DNA of 62,052 bases, the filler included. It is 8 parts of 8 records of this genome, joined end to end, with 100 filler letters (N's around TTAATTAATTAA, not from the genome) between each part and the next. Parts side by side here need not be neighbours in the genome. Positions count along the whole stretch, not along the records: positions 1 to 5,384 come from SRR31156797_68817; positions 5,485 to 19,498 come from SRR31156797_68843; 6 more parts are not named here. One strand, 5' to 3'. Below, piece after piece: positions 1 to 8,027 of the stretch. A program made the translations under genes and the position numbers. Positions within the stretch are counted from its first letter, which is position 1; each line of letters opens with the position of its first letter. The notes beneath the pieces were generated by a model. That model saw nothing but the letters and a program-made list of their open reading frames with translations, was not told the origin of the DNA and did no database searches.

Positions 1-1893
1 CAGCACCGGAGTTGCCAGGGCGGTTCGCAGCACCTGGTCATTTCCGGGATCGGAGCAGGCCCGGAGGAGATAGAGCAGGGAAACGGCCTCCTGGCTGTCA
101 AACACCGACTCCCGGTCCGAGAGGTAGACCGATCTCACCCGCCTCTTTTCAAGGGCGTTTCGGATGGCCCTGGCCTCCATGCCGTCCCGTACAAGCACGG
201 CAATGTCAGACGGCCGGAGGGGAACGAGGTCTCCGTCCTCCACCCGGAACCCGGCCCGGCAGGGCATCTCCTGCCCAAGGTTCAGGAGCCGGACGATCTC
301 GGAAGCCCCGGCCTCGGCCATCCGGTTGATATACCCGTCGGGTCCGGTCTTGCCAACGGGTTCATCCTGATCCATCTGCCACAGGGTCACGGGAAAGGCC
401 TCTTTGCCCGCCACCATGAGCTTCTCGGACCTTCCCTGGGCCCGGACCTCGTCAAAGGGGATCTCGTCCTTGAACAGAAACGCGCCGTGGTCAAACCCGG
501 CGGCCCTGGAAAACATCCGGTTCACGGCATCCACCATGCCCTGGGTGGAACGGTAATTCTTCTCCAGGGTGTAGTGGCGTCCGCTGGTATCGTTCTTGGC
601 CCCGAGATAGGTGTGGATGTCGGCCCCCCGGAAGGCGTAGATCGCCTGCTTGGGATCCCCGATCATGAACAGGCCCGCATCCTCCCGGTCCAGGTAGATG
701 GTGCTGAAGGAAGAATACTGCACGGGATCGGTGTCCTGGAACTCGTCGATCATGGCCACGGGGAACTGCTGCCGGATCACGTCGGCAAGGCGGCTGCTCT
801 CGGGCCGGGACAGGGCATCCCCCAGGCGGGTCAGAAGATCGTTGAACCCCATCCGGGAGAGCCGGGCCTTTGCCGCGATCACCCGGCGGTTGATCTCCGC
901 CGCGGCATGGGACACAAGGGCCTCCTTGACATCGATGGAGTCCAGGAAATCGTTCAACTGATCAAGGGCGTCATAGGCGGAATGAACCGGGGGATTCTTT
1001 TTCTTTGACACCCCGGCGGCAAGGCCTTGGGTTGAAAATTTTTCCAGCACCTGGGTTTCCGGCAGGGAACCGGAACCGTTAACCCAGAGGTCCAGCTGGG
1101 CAATCGCCTTTTTCAGGAATGGTTTCCGGTACTTGTTGTTGTTCAGGCTCTTGTCTGCCTGGGCCTTGACAACCAGGTCCACGGCCTGTTGGAAATCCGG
1201 CGCCCACGCCTTCCGGGCCGCTTCAACGGCCTGCCTGCGATCCTCGAGCATCTCAAAGGGATTGGCGCCGTTCTTTTTTCCGGCATTGACCAGGGGCATG
1301 GCCTGCTTCAGCAGTTCCTGGGGGGTGGTGATGCCGGCCGCATCCTTGAATTCAGCCAGCACTTCCACGGTCTGGGGATAAAAACCGGCCCGCCAGAAGT
1401 CGCAGGCCGCCTCCTCCAGAAGGTCCTGGTCGCTGGGGGCTAGCTCGAGATCAAACAGGGAGAGGCTGTCAAAGGCATGCTGTCGAAGCATGCGCTGGCA
1501 CCAGGCGTGGATGGTGTGGATGGCGGATTCATCCATCCACTGGGCCGCCTGGTCAAGCAGCATTGCCTTGCCGGGCCAGAGGTCGGGGTCATAATCGGCC
1601 CTGAGCCCTTCAAGGAAATCGTCCCCTTCCCCGGTACCCCGGAAAAAGGCCGCCGCCTCGGTGAGCCGGCTTCGGATGCGCTCCCGGAGCTCTTCGGTGG
1701 CCGCGTTGGTAAAGGTGACCACCAGGATTTCCGGCGGGGTCAACGGCCTTGAAAAGCCGTTCTTGCCGCCATGGCCCAGCACCAGGCGCAGGTAAAGGGC
1801 CGCAATGGTATAGGTCTTGCCCGTTCCGGCGCTGGCCTCGATGAGCCGGGTGCCATGGAGGGGGAAAGTCAGGGAATCAAGTGTTTCAGCCAT
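1..1893 (-). CDS. recB: Exodeoxyribonuclease V beta subunit (RecB), 3' end runs off the window
   Basis: Absent from the ORF track because it has no stop. Manual translation from ATG at 1893 gives MAETLDSLTFPLHGTRLIEASAGTGKTYTIAALYLRLVLGHG (Walker A ASAGTGKT), later ILVVTFTNAATEEL and ALIDEFQDTDPVQY. Directly downstream of recC. Confidence 0.95.
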   Translation of the reverse strand, partial: MAETLDSLTFPLHGTRLIEASAGTGKTYTIAALYLRLVLGHGGKNGFSRPLTPPEILVVTFTNAATEELRERIRSRLTEAAAFFRGTGEGDDFLEGLRADYDPDLWPGKAMLLDQAAQWMDESAIHTIHAWCQRMLRQHAFDSLSLFDLELAPSDQDLLEEAACDFWRAGFYPQTVEVLAEFKDAAGITTPQELLKQAMPLVNAGKKNGANPFEMLEDRRQAVEAARKAWAPDFQQAVDLVVKAQADKSLNNNKYRKPFLKKAIAQLDLWVNGSGSLPETQVLEKFSTQGLAAGVSKKKNPPVHSAYDALDQLNDFLDSIDVKEALVSHAAAEINRRVIAAKARLSRMGFNDLLTRLGDALSRPESSRLADVIRQQFPVAMIDEFQDTDPVQYSSFSTIYLDREDAGLFMIGDPKQAIYAFRGADIHTYLGAKNDTSGRHYTLEKNYRSTQGMVDAVNRMFSRAAGFDHGAFLFKDEIPFDEVRAQGRSEKLMVAGKEAFPVTLWQMDQDEPVGKTGPDGYINRMAEAGASEIVRLLNLGQEMPCRAGFRVEDGDLVPLRPSDIAVLVRDGMEARAIRNALEKRRVRSVYLSDRESVFDSQEAVSLLYLLRACSDPGNDQVLRTALATPVL

Positions 1894-1895
1894 GG

Positions 1896-4800
1896 TTACA
1901 TCTCCTCTCCCTTAAGGGCACTTACCAGGGGTTCATACAGGGTTTCACAAAGGGTGATAAAGCGGTTGTCCCGGGCCTGCCACAGGGCATCAAACGCCGG
2001 GTACGCCCGTTGGAGATAGAGATCATACCCAAGTTCTCCATGGGATCTGAAGCCGTCCCCTTCATAGGTCTTCAGCGCTTCTCCCTTTGCCTTTTCTTCA
2101 TCCTTTGCCTTCAGGATATTCACATAGGTGATCCCGGTTTTGGCGGTCACGGGCAAAGGATGGTTGAGTCCCTCTTCCCAAAGGGCGATGATGGCCATGA
2201 GAATCCGCCTGGCCCGTGTGCTCTCCAGGGGGGCAAGGGTTGCGACACCGTCCGGGGCCACCAGGTGGCTGGCAAGGTCCATCCCCTGGGCGCAGCCCGC
2301 AAGGTGTCGGACCCAGAGGGGAACCAGGCTGTATAGCCGGGACAGCTTCCCCGACTTGTCCATGATGGGCCTTGGATAGAATTCCCACCGCCCGTACCGG
2401 GCAGGAACGTCCTGGGCATCCTGGGTGTCCGGGGTGGCCGGGCCACCGGTTTCATGGAGCCGGTCCAGCCAGTCGTCCAGGGTGACGGCCAGTGTGAGAC
2501 CCGGATCAAGGCCAATGGCGATCTCCATGGGATCGTGTTCAAGGGGCCATTTGGCACACAATTCATGGTGATGGTTGACCATGGAGACAATGGGTTGTTT
2601 GAGCTCCTTTGCGGCAAGCTTGCCAAATCCCGCCATGGGCAGCTCCCCTGTGCGGGTGAGGCGTTCGGCTTCCTTTGCGATGGTAGTCTCCACCGCTTCC
2701 GGTTCCGCTGAAAGTCCTGCTTCCAGCAGGCGGTTTCCAAGGCCGAAGGGGGCGAGAAAATCCAGGGCAAAGGGCTCCAGGTCCTGACTCACCACGGACA
2801 CCTCGTCAAACCGGACAGCCAGGCGCTGGGTGAAAAAATACTGCACGGGATTCTTCAAAAACCGGATCAGGGAATTGAGCTGGAGGGCACCCTCAAACCG
2901 GGCAGGTTCCAGGGGCTCGTCAGCCGTTCCGGGGACCACGGGGTCAAGGGAATTTCGCCACTCCCGGGCATAGGTGAACAGCTCCGGCTGATCCTTGAAA
3001 AAATAGGCGCTGCCAAAGGGCTGCAAGGGATGAATACAGGTGAGGTTATCGAGCAACGGGCTGTTTTCGCCATCCTCCCCTTCCCTTTCCAGCTGCCACC
3101 CGGCGTCAAGGTAGTCCCTGAGCTGGCCCACCAGCACCGAGGGCATGCGCTCGCTGTTGTCCCGGACATCCCTGCCCACATAACTGATGTAAAACTTTTC
3201 CCGGGCCGACAGCAGGGCCTCGAGGAAGAGGTAGCGGTCATCCTCCCTGCGGGAACGGTCCCCGGGGCGGTAGAGCCCTTTTCCGGCCATGAGGTCGAAA
3301 TCAAGGGGCGGATGGCTCCTTGGGAACTCCCCGTCGTTGATTCCCAGCAGGCACACCACCTTGAAGGGAATGGCACGCATGGGCATGAGGGTGCCGAAGT
3401 TGACCATGCCGGCAAGGAATCGCTGGGAGATGCTGGACTCCACCATCATTCCAAGGAAGAACTCCCGCACCACGGCCAGGGTCAACTCCTCCTCGAGTTC
3501 GGCCTCATCGCAGGCTTCAAGCCAGTCATCCAGCACCTGCTCCAACCGGTTGAGGGTCAGGCGATCCTGGTTGCCCATGGGCAGAAAGCAGTCCCTTGCA
3601 AGGTTCCGGATGCGCTCACACCATTGTCCGGGAGTGCCGGGCCGGCTCAAGGCCTTCCAGAGGACCTCCATCTGGTCGAGCACGGCTGCAAGGGGCCCCA
3701 CCAGGGCGGCTTCAAGCCCCCCCACCTCATCATAGGGCTCGATGCCGTTCCACTCCTCCCCCTTGCCCACGGCATAGCCCAGGAGCATTCTTTTCAGGCC
3801 GAAATCCCAGGTGTTCTGGCCAAGGCCCGGGGGCAGCCCGAAACTTGTGCGCTGGTCAGGGTTCAGTCCCCAGGAAATGCCCGCCCCCTCGATCCACTGG
3901 CGGAGCTTTGGCAGGTCCGCCTCTCCCATGCCGAACCGTTCCCTGAAGGCCGGCGCCTCCAGGAGATCCATGAGGTCGCTGACAGCCATGCGGGAATCGG
4001 GAAGGTGCATGAGCTTTTCAAGGGCCTTGAGCATGGGCACGCTCTCCCTGTTGGGCTTGTCCGCAATGGTAAAGGGGATAAACCTCGGATCCCCGGGTGG
4101 CAAGTTGCCGAACACGGCCTCGATATGGGGGGCATAGGCCTCGATGTCCGGTGTCATCACGATGACATCCCTGGGATTCAGGTCTTCAATGGTCTCAAAG
4201 CTGTGGAGGAGCTGGTCCTGGAGAATCTCCACCTCCCGCTGGCGGCTGTGGGCGATCTGGAAGCAGATGGACCGGTCGTCCACATCCACCCATTGCCGCC
4301 CTTCCCTGTCGTTGGGAAGGGGGTCAAGGTCGAGGACCGCCTGCTGAACCTGCTGGAGCAGTGTCCCTCCGGTTTCCGGCGGTATGAAATCATCGAACAG
4401 ATCGATTTCGGCCCAATCCTTTTCATAGTTTTCGGGCTGGTCATAGCCGTAGAGCAACCCGATGTAGTCCCTGCCCTGCTTGCCCCATGCCGCGAGAAGG
4501 GGGTTGGCGTGCTGGTGAAGCAGCTCGGGATCAAGGGGCTCCGGCATGGAGGCCTTGGCCTTGTGCCGGGCATGCTCGATTCTCAGGAGCTCCCGGTCTT
4601 CGATGATGTCGGCCCAGAAATGGCGGCAGGGATTGTGCACGAACAGCAGCACCTGGCACAGGCCGGAAACGGCCTGCAGGGCCTCCAGCACCTGTTTGGG
4701 CAAGGATGAGATGCCGAACACGATGACCCTTGGGGGCAAGGCCGCGGGCCGCACGCCCCGGAGCTCTTTTGTTGCCTGGAGAAAGCGCTGGTGCAGGTCC

Positions 4801-5384
4801 GACCGGCCGATCATCCGAAACGCCTCCGGCACATCGGCCTTGAGCCGCCGCCACAGTTCGGCCTGCCATTTCTGCTCCGGGGGCAAGTCAACCGGTTCTC
4901 CCCCGCCCTTCCGGAGCTGGTCCATGCCTGCGGCCCAGTCCTCGAGCCAGTCGGCCCGGTAGACCTGGTACTGGTCATAGAGGTCCGCCAGGTGGCAGGA
5001 GAGCTGATGGCGTTTGCGCAGGTCATCGTCCTGTTCAAGGAACCGGTTGAGGGGCAGAAAAGCGCTGTCCCCGGCAAGGGAGGGCAGGAGACGGAAAAGC
5101 CGCCACACCAGCCGCTCTTTGTCATAGGGTGAATCCACGGGGATGGTGTCGTCCCCCAGGACGGAACGGTAGGCGGTCCAGATGTAACGGCCGGGCAGCT
5201 GCACTTCGAGCCCCGCACTGATGCCGCATCCGTCGTCCGCGGCCAGGGCCAGCTTGAGCCACTGGGCCATGCCGTTGCTCTGGACGATGAACTGCTCGGT
5301 CTCGAGCACCTGGAGGGGGTGGGCCTTTATCCAGCCCACGGCCACCTTTCTCAAGTCCTCCAGATGGTTGGAATGAATAATGGA
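1896..5384 (-). CDS. recC: Exodeoxyribonuclease V gamma subunit (RecC), 5' end truncated by contig edge
   Basis: HSNHLEDL, IVQSNGMAQWLKL, LYDQYQVYRADW, NPLLAAWGKQGRD, REVEILQDQL, TLMPMRAIPFKVVCLLG, DDRYLFLEALLSAR. Confidence 0.95.
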   Translation of the reverse strand, partial: SIIHSNHLEDLRKVAVGWIKAHPLQVLETEQFIVQSNGMAQWLKLALAADDGCGISAGLEVQLPGRYIWTAYRSVLGDDTIPVDSPYDKERLVWRLFRLLPSLAGDSAFLPLNRFLEQDDDLRKRHQLSCHLADLYDQYQVYRADWLEDWAAGMDQLRKGGGEPVDLPPEQKWQAELWRRLKADVPEAFRMIGRSDLHQRFLQATKELRGVRPAALPPRVIVFGISSLPKQVLEALQAVSGLCQVLLFVHNPCRHFWADIIEDRELLRIEHARHKAKASMPEPLDPELLHQHANPLLAAWGKQGRDYIGLLYGYDQPENYEKDWAEIDLFDDFIPPETGGTLLQQVQQAVLDLDPLPNDREGRQWVDVDDRSICFQIAHSRQREVEILQDQLLHSFETIEDLNPRDVIVMTPDIEAYAPHIEAVFGNLPPGDPRFIPFTIADKPNRESVPMLKALEKLMHLPDSRMAVSDLMDLLEAPAFRERFGMGEADLPKLRQWIEGAGISWGLNPDQRTSFGLPPGLGQNTWDFGLKRMLLGYAVGKGEEWNGIEPYDEVGGLEAALVGPLAAVLDQMEVLWKALSRPGTPGQWCERIRNLARDCFLPMGNQDRLTLNRLEQVLDDWLEACDEAELEEELTLAVVREFFLGMMVESSISQRFLAGMVNFGTLMPMRAIPFKVVCLLGINDGEFPRSHPPLDFDLMAGKGLYRPGDRSRREDDRYLFLEALLSAREKFYISYVGRDVRDNSERMPSVLVGQLRDYLDAGWQLEREGEDGENSPLLDNLTCIHPLQPFGSAYFFKDQPELFTYAREWRNSLDPVVPGTADEPLEPARFEGALQLNSLIRFLKNPVQYFFTQRLAVRFDEVSVVSQDLEPFALDFLAPFGLGNRLLEAGLSAEPEAVETTIAKEAERLTRTGELPMAGFGKLAAKELKQPIVSMVNHHHELCAKWPLEHDPMEIAIGLDPGLTLAVTLDDWLDRLHETGGPATPDTQDAQDVPARYGRWEFYPRPIMDKSGKLSRLYSLVPLWVRHLAGCAQGMDLASHLVAPDGVATLAPLESTRARRILMAIIALWEEGLNHPLPVTAKTGITYVNILKAKDEEKAKGEALKTYEGDGFRSHGELGYDLYLQRAYPAFDALWQARDNRFITLCETLYEPLVSALKGEEM

Positions 5385-5563
5385 NNNNNNNNNNNNNNNN
5401 NNNNNNNNNNNNNNNNNNNNNNNNNNNNTTAATTAATTAANNNNNNNNNNNNNNNNNNNNNNNNNNNNNNNNNNNNNNNNNNNNCATTGCGCTTTTTACC
5501 GAGATGTATGGATTCCCCAAATTACTATCGATTAAACGACTACAACTTATTAAGGATTATGCT

Positions 5564-6028
5564 ATGAAAAATTTCATAAAAACACTGTGTTCCACCATCG
5601 TTGTTGCCGCTGTAATGTCTTCAACGATATTTGCTGAAAAAGTATATGCCCAAACTGATGAAAACCAATCCATGGGCGGTACCATGATGATGGGTATGAT
5701 GAGCCGAGAACAGATGGCTGATATGTCTGAGCACATGCAAAAAATGCTCAAAATAATGGACAAAATCAAAGGCGAAACCGATCCGGAAAAACGTCAGCAA
5801 TTAATGCAGGAACATATGCGGGCTATGCAGGAGGGGATGCAGATGATGAATAAAGGTATGCCTATGCAAGACAGTATGAAAATGACTGAACATCAGGGTA
5901 AAGGCATGTCGGATAAAATGGGTGAGCCAGACATGATGAAGCGCATGGACATGATGGAAGAGCGCATGGGTATGATGCAAATGATGATGGGACAGATGAT
6001 GGAGCATGAATCTGAAGCGAAATATTAA
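5564..6028 (+). CDS. Secreted Met-rich helical protein, putative periplasmic Cu(I)/Ag(I) sponge
   Basis: RBS AAGGA before ATG 5564; signal peptide ending VYA; about 36 Met in about 125 mature residues; located in the copper island. Confidence 0.7.
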   Translation: MKNFIKTLCSTIVVAAVMSSTIFAEKVYAQTDENQSMGGTMMMGMMSREQMADMSEHMQKMLKIMDKIKGETDPEKRQQLMQEHMRAMQEGMQMMNKGMPMQDSMKMTEHQGKGMSDKMGEPDMMKRMDMMEERMGMMQMMMGQMMEHESEAKY

Positions 6029-6051
6029 CAGCACTACTTTCCCTGTGTCTA

Positions 6052-6082
6052 TTGACCTTCCCCTAAGGGAAGGGTCTATAAG
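6052..6082 (+). promoter_or_regulatory. CueR-type (MerR) promoter/operator
   Basis: TTGACC, 19-bp spacer TTCCCCTAAGGGAAGGGTC, TATAAG; dyad ACCTTCCC...GGGAAGGG resembles the E. coli copA CueR box. Confidence 0.85.
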
Positions 6083-6133
6083 TTCTCTTAGGTTGTGTCA
6101 TAAACACAATTTTGTAAGGATGCCTGAGAGGTT

Positions 6134-6526
6134 GTGATGCTAAAACCGTTGCATACAATTTGGTTAACCGGACTCACACTGTTTGCTTTATTGCTCTCTA
6201 GTGTCTCTGCCAGTGCCTCTCTTAATATGCCGCTCAAAAATAGGGGCGATTCTTTAACTGTATCGTCTCTTTCACATGATGAGCATTTGAAGTGTTTGTC
6301 ATCACAACTCGAATCAATAACGACCGAAACAGATTGTCATGATTCAACCAATGATATGAATCCAGAGCATCAGTGCTACCCTTCGAGCTGTGCAGCTAGC
6401 GCTCTGCTGATTTCTCAAGTCATCATCACAAACTATCAAACACCCCAACGTATCCCTTTCTTCAGGGAAACTGCTGAGTATGTCAACTCGGTAACAGGCA
6501 ATTTGTATCACCCTCCAATAGTCTGA
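6134..6526 (+). CDS. CopL/DUF2946-like exported Cys/His protein ending LYHPPIV
   Basis: Hydrophobic N-terminal signal, DCH...HQCYPSSC metal motif, C-terminal xYxPP motif; first gene after the CueR-type promoter. Confidence 0.55.
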   Translation: MMLKPLHTIWLTGLTLFALLLSSVSASASLNMPLKNRGDSLTVSSLSHDEHLKCLSSQLESITTETDCHDSTNDMNPEHQCYPSSCAASALLISQVIITNYQTPQRIPFFRETAEYVNSVTGNLYHPPIV

Positions 6527-6671
6527 TTCCTTCTTAACGGTTAATACCCTCGTCAACAGTGGCTTTGACATGCTTATCTTGCATGACGTTTGTCTGTATA
6601 ACCGGCTCAATTTCGTTATTAGATAACGAGCATTTTTGCAGTATCTATCAACTCGAAAAGGAAAATCATCA

Positions 6672-7313
6672 GTGAATATTCGAAAACCTTTAGCTTGCTT
6701 TGCTGCCTTGCTACTTGGATTGAATTCGATCACAGCATTCGCTCATGAAGGTATGCATGACTCAGAGAGGGACTCTGGTTTGAAAGAAGTGAACCAAGAC
6801 GTACCAGCATTAGCACTGGATTCTGCTGAATTTAAACAAGCCCAAAACCTTTTTCGTGCGGTTGGTGGCTATGGCTGCACCGCATGCCATGGTCTGTTTG
6901 CTCAAGGGGGCGGTAACGTGGGGGGAAATATAAGAGACCATTCACTAAGCCAGATAAATTATGCCCTTCAGAATGAGCCAACAATGAAGCTACTGAATAA
7001 TGCACTTAGCGATGGAGATAAATATGCTCTGGCTGGATATCTCAAAGCTTTGGGTAAATTGGAACTCATTGAGTGGACGATTGATGGAGAGGTTTCATAC
7101 ACCAAGGTGGAAATTGATAAAGAATCAGATAATCAACTGGTTATATTCAACAAAACTTTTGACTCTATCGATTTGTCTTTGATGCCGATTGGTAATAATC
7201 ACACACTTTCAATCGAACCCTATGCAACAGAATCGTATACGTGGAAAGCACAACCCGGTGAATACAGATTGCAATACAACCAGCATGTTCTTGATATGTC
7301 CTTCAGGTTCTGA
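6672..7313 (+). CDS. Monoheme c-type cytochrome with C-terminal cupredoxin-like beta domain
   Basis: Signal peptide (AFA-HEGMH), CTACH heme motif, candidate axial Met (EPTM); C-terminal LVIFNKT...YTWKAQPGEYRL pattern. GTG start after AGGA. Confidence 0.7.
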   Translation: MNIRKPLACFAALLLGLNSITAFAHEGMHDSERDSGLKEVNQDVPALALDSAEFKQAQNLFRAVGGYGCTACHGLFAQGGGNVGGNIRDHSLSQINYALQNEPTMKLLNNALSDGDKYALAGYLKALGKLELIEWTIDGEVSYTKVEIDKESDNQLVIFNKTFDSIDLSLMPIGNNHTLSIEPYATESYTWKAQPGEYRLQYNQHVLDMSFRF

Positions 7314-7339
7314 ATAAAAGGAAAATTGACGATAGTCTC

Positions 7340-7371
7340 TTGACCTATGTGTTGCACACAGGTTTTAAACT
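7340..7371 (+). promoter_or_regulatory. Second MerR-type promoter/operator (20-bp spacer)
   Basis: TTGACC-TATGTGTTGCACACAGGTTT-TAAACT with dyad ACCTATGTG-N3-CACACAGGT (1 mismatch), upstream of small ORF-merR-copA. Confidence 0.75.
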
Positions 7372-7409
7372 CAAAATAGAAACATAGATAAAGATGTAAG
7401 GAGTTCGTT

Positions 7410-7523
7410 ATGAGTTGTTGTAATAAAGCGCCTAATGGCGGAACCAGTGACCCTAAATTATTGTTGAAAGTGACTTTAGGTATGTTAGCGGTCATTGTGT
7501 TGTTAGTTTTTTTATTTGGTTGA
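7410..7523 (+). CDS. 37-aa single-TM microprotein with N-terminal Cys-Cys
   Basis: RBS TAAGGAG; MSCCNKAPNGGTSDPKLLLKVTLGMLAVIVLLVFLFG*; first ORF after the MerR-type promoter; below the ORF-track cutoff. Confidence 0.65.
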   Translation: MSCCNKAPNGGTSDPKLLLKVTLGMLAVIVLLVFLFG

Positions 7524-7580
7524 TTATCCTTAGGAATTTTGTGCTATCTCACTATTTTGTTGCCATTCAGAGGGTTAAGT

Positions 7581-8027
7581 ATGCTGACAACTGAAATTGC
7601 CCGGACAGTCGGGGTTACTGCGGAAACGGTTCGCTTTTATACCAGAAAAGGACTGATCTCTGCGACGAAAGACCCTAGTAACGGCTATAAAATTTACCCA
7701 CCGAGTGCTGTGGATAGATTGCGGTTTATTAGTCATGCGCGAAGTATTGGCTTTAGCTTAAGCCAGATTGAAGAGATCATAGAATACTCTCAGCAAGGAA
7801 ATTCTCCCTGTCCGAAAGTACGGAAAATGCTGAGTGATAAAATATCTGAGACACAACAAAAAATTAAAGAATATCAGATGCACCTGGCTGTTATGGAAGA
7901 AACTTATTCCGAGTGGGTGCATGAACCAGACATGACTCCTGACGGGAAGGCGATATGCTGCCTGATTGAAGACTGGTCAGATAAACATCCATCGATTAAC
8001 TCTCAGGAGGCAAAAAATGAAGGTTAA
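7581..8027 (+). CDS. MerR-family metal-responsive regulator
   Basis: HTH EIARTVGVTAETVRFYTRKGLI, NGYKIY, ARSIGFSLSQI; Cys at start of dimerisation helix (SPCPKV) and C-terminal ICCLIE. Confidence 0.9.
   Translation: MLTTEIARTVGVTAETVRFYTRKGLISATKDPSNGYKIYPPSAVDRLRFISHARSIGFSLSQIEEIIEYSQQGNSPCPKVRKMLSDKISETQQKIKEYQMHLAVMEETYSEWVHEPDMTPDGKAICCLIEDWSDKHPSINSQEAKNEG

Noticed and set aside
3030-4709. 559-aa plus-strand ORF and similar long antisense ORFs (58261-60168, 25352-26449, 39675-40748, 60429-61382, 55454-56461)
   Set aside because: Shadow ORFs antisense to real GC-rich genes (recC, RND, nadK, leuS, MFP, tolC), with no independent motifs.
5801-6034. His-rich minus-strand ORF
   Set aside because: Reverse-complement reading of Met codons (ATG/CAT) in the Met-rich gene.
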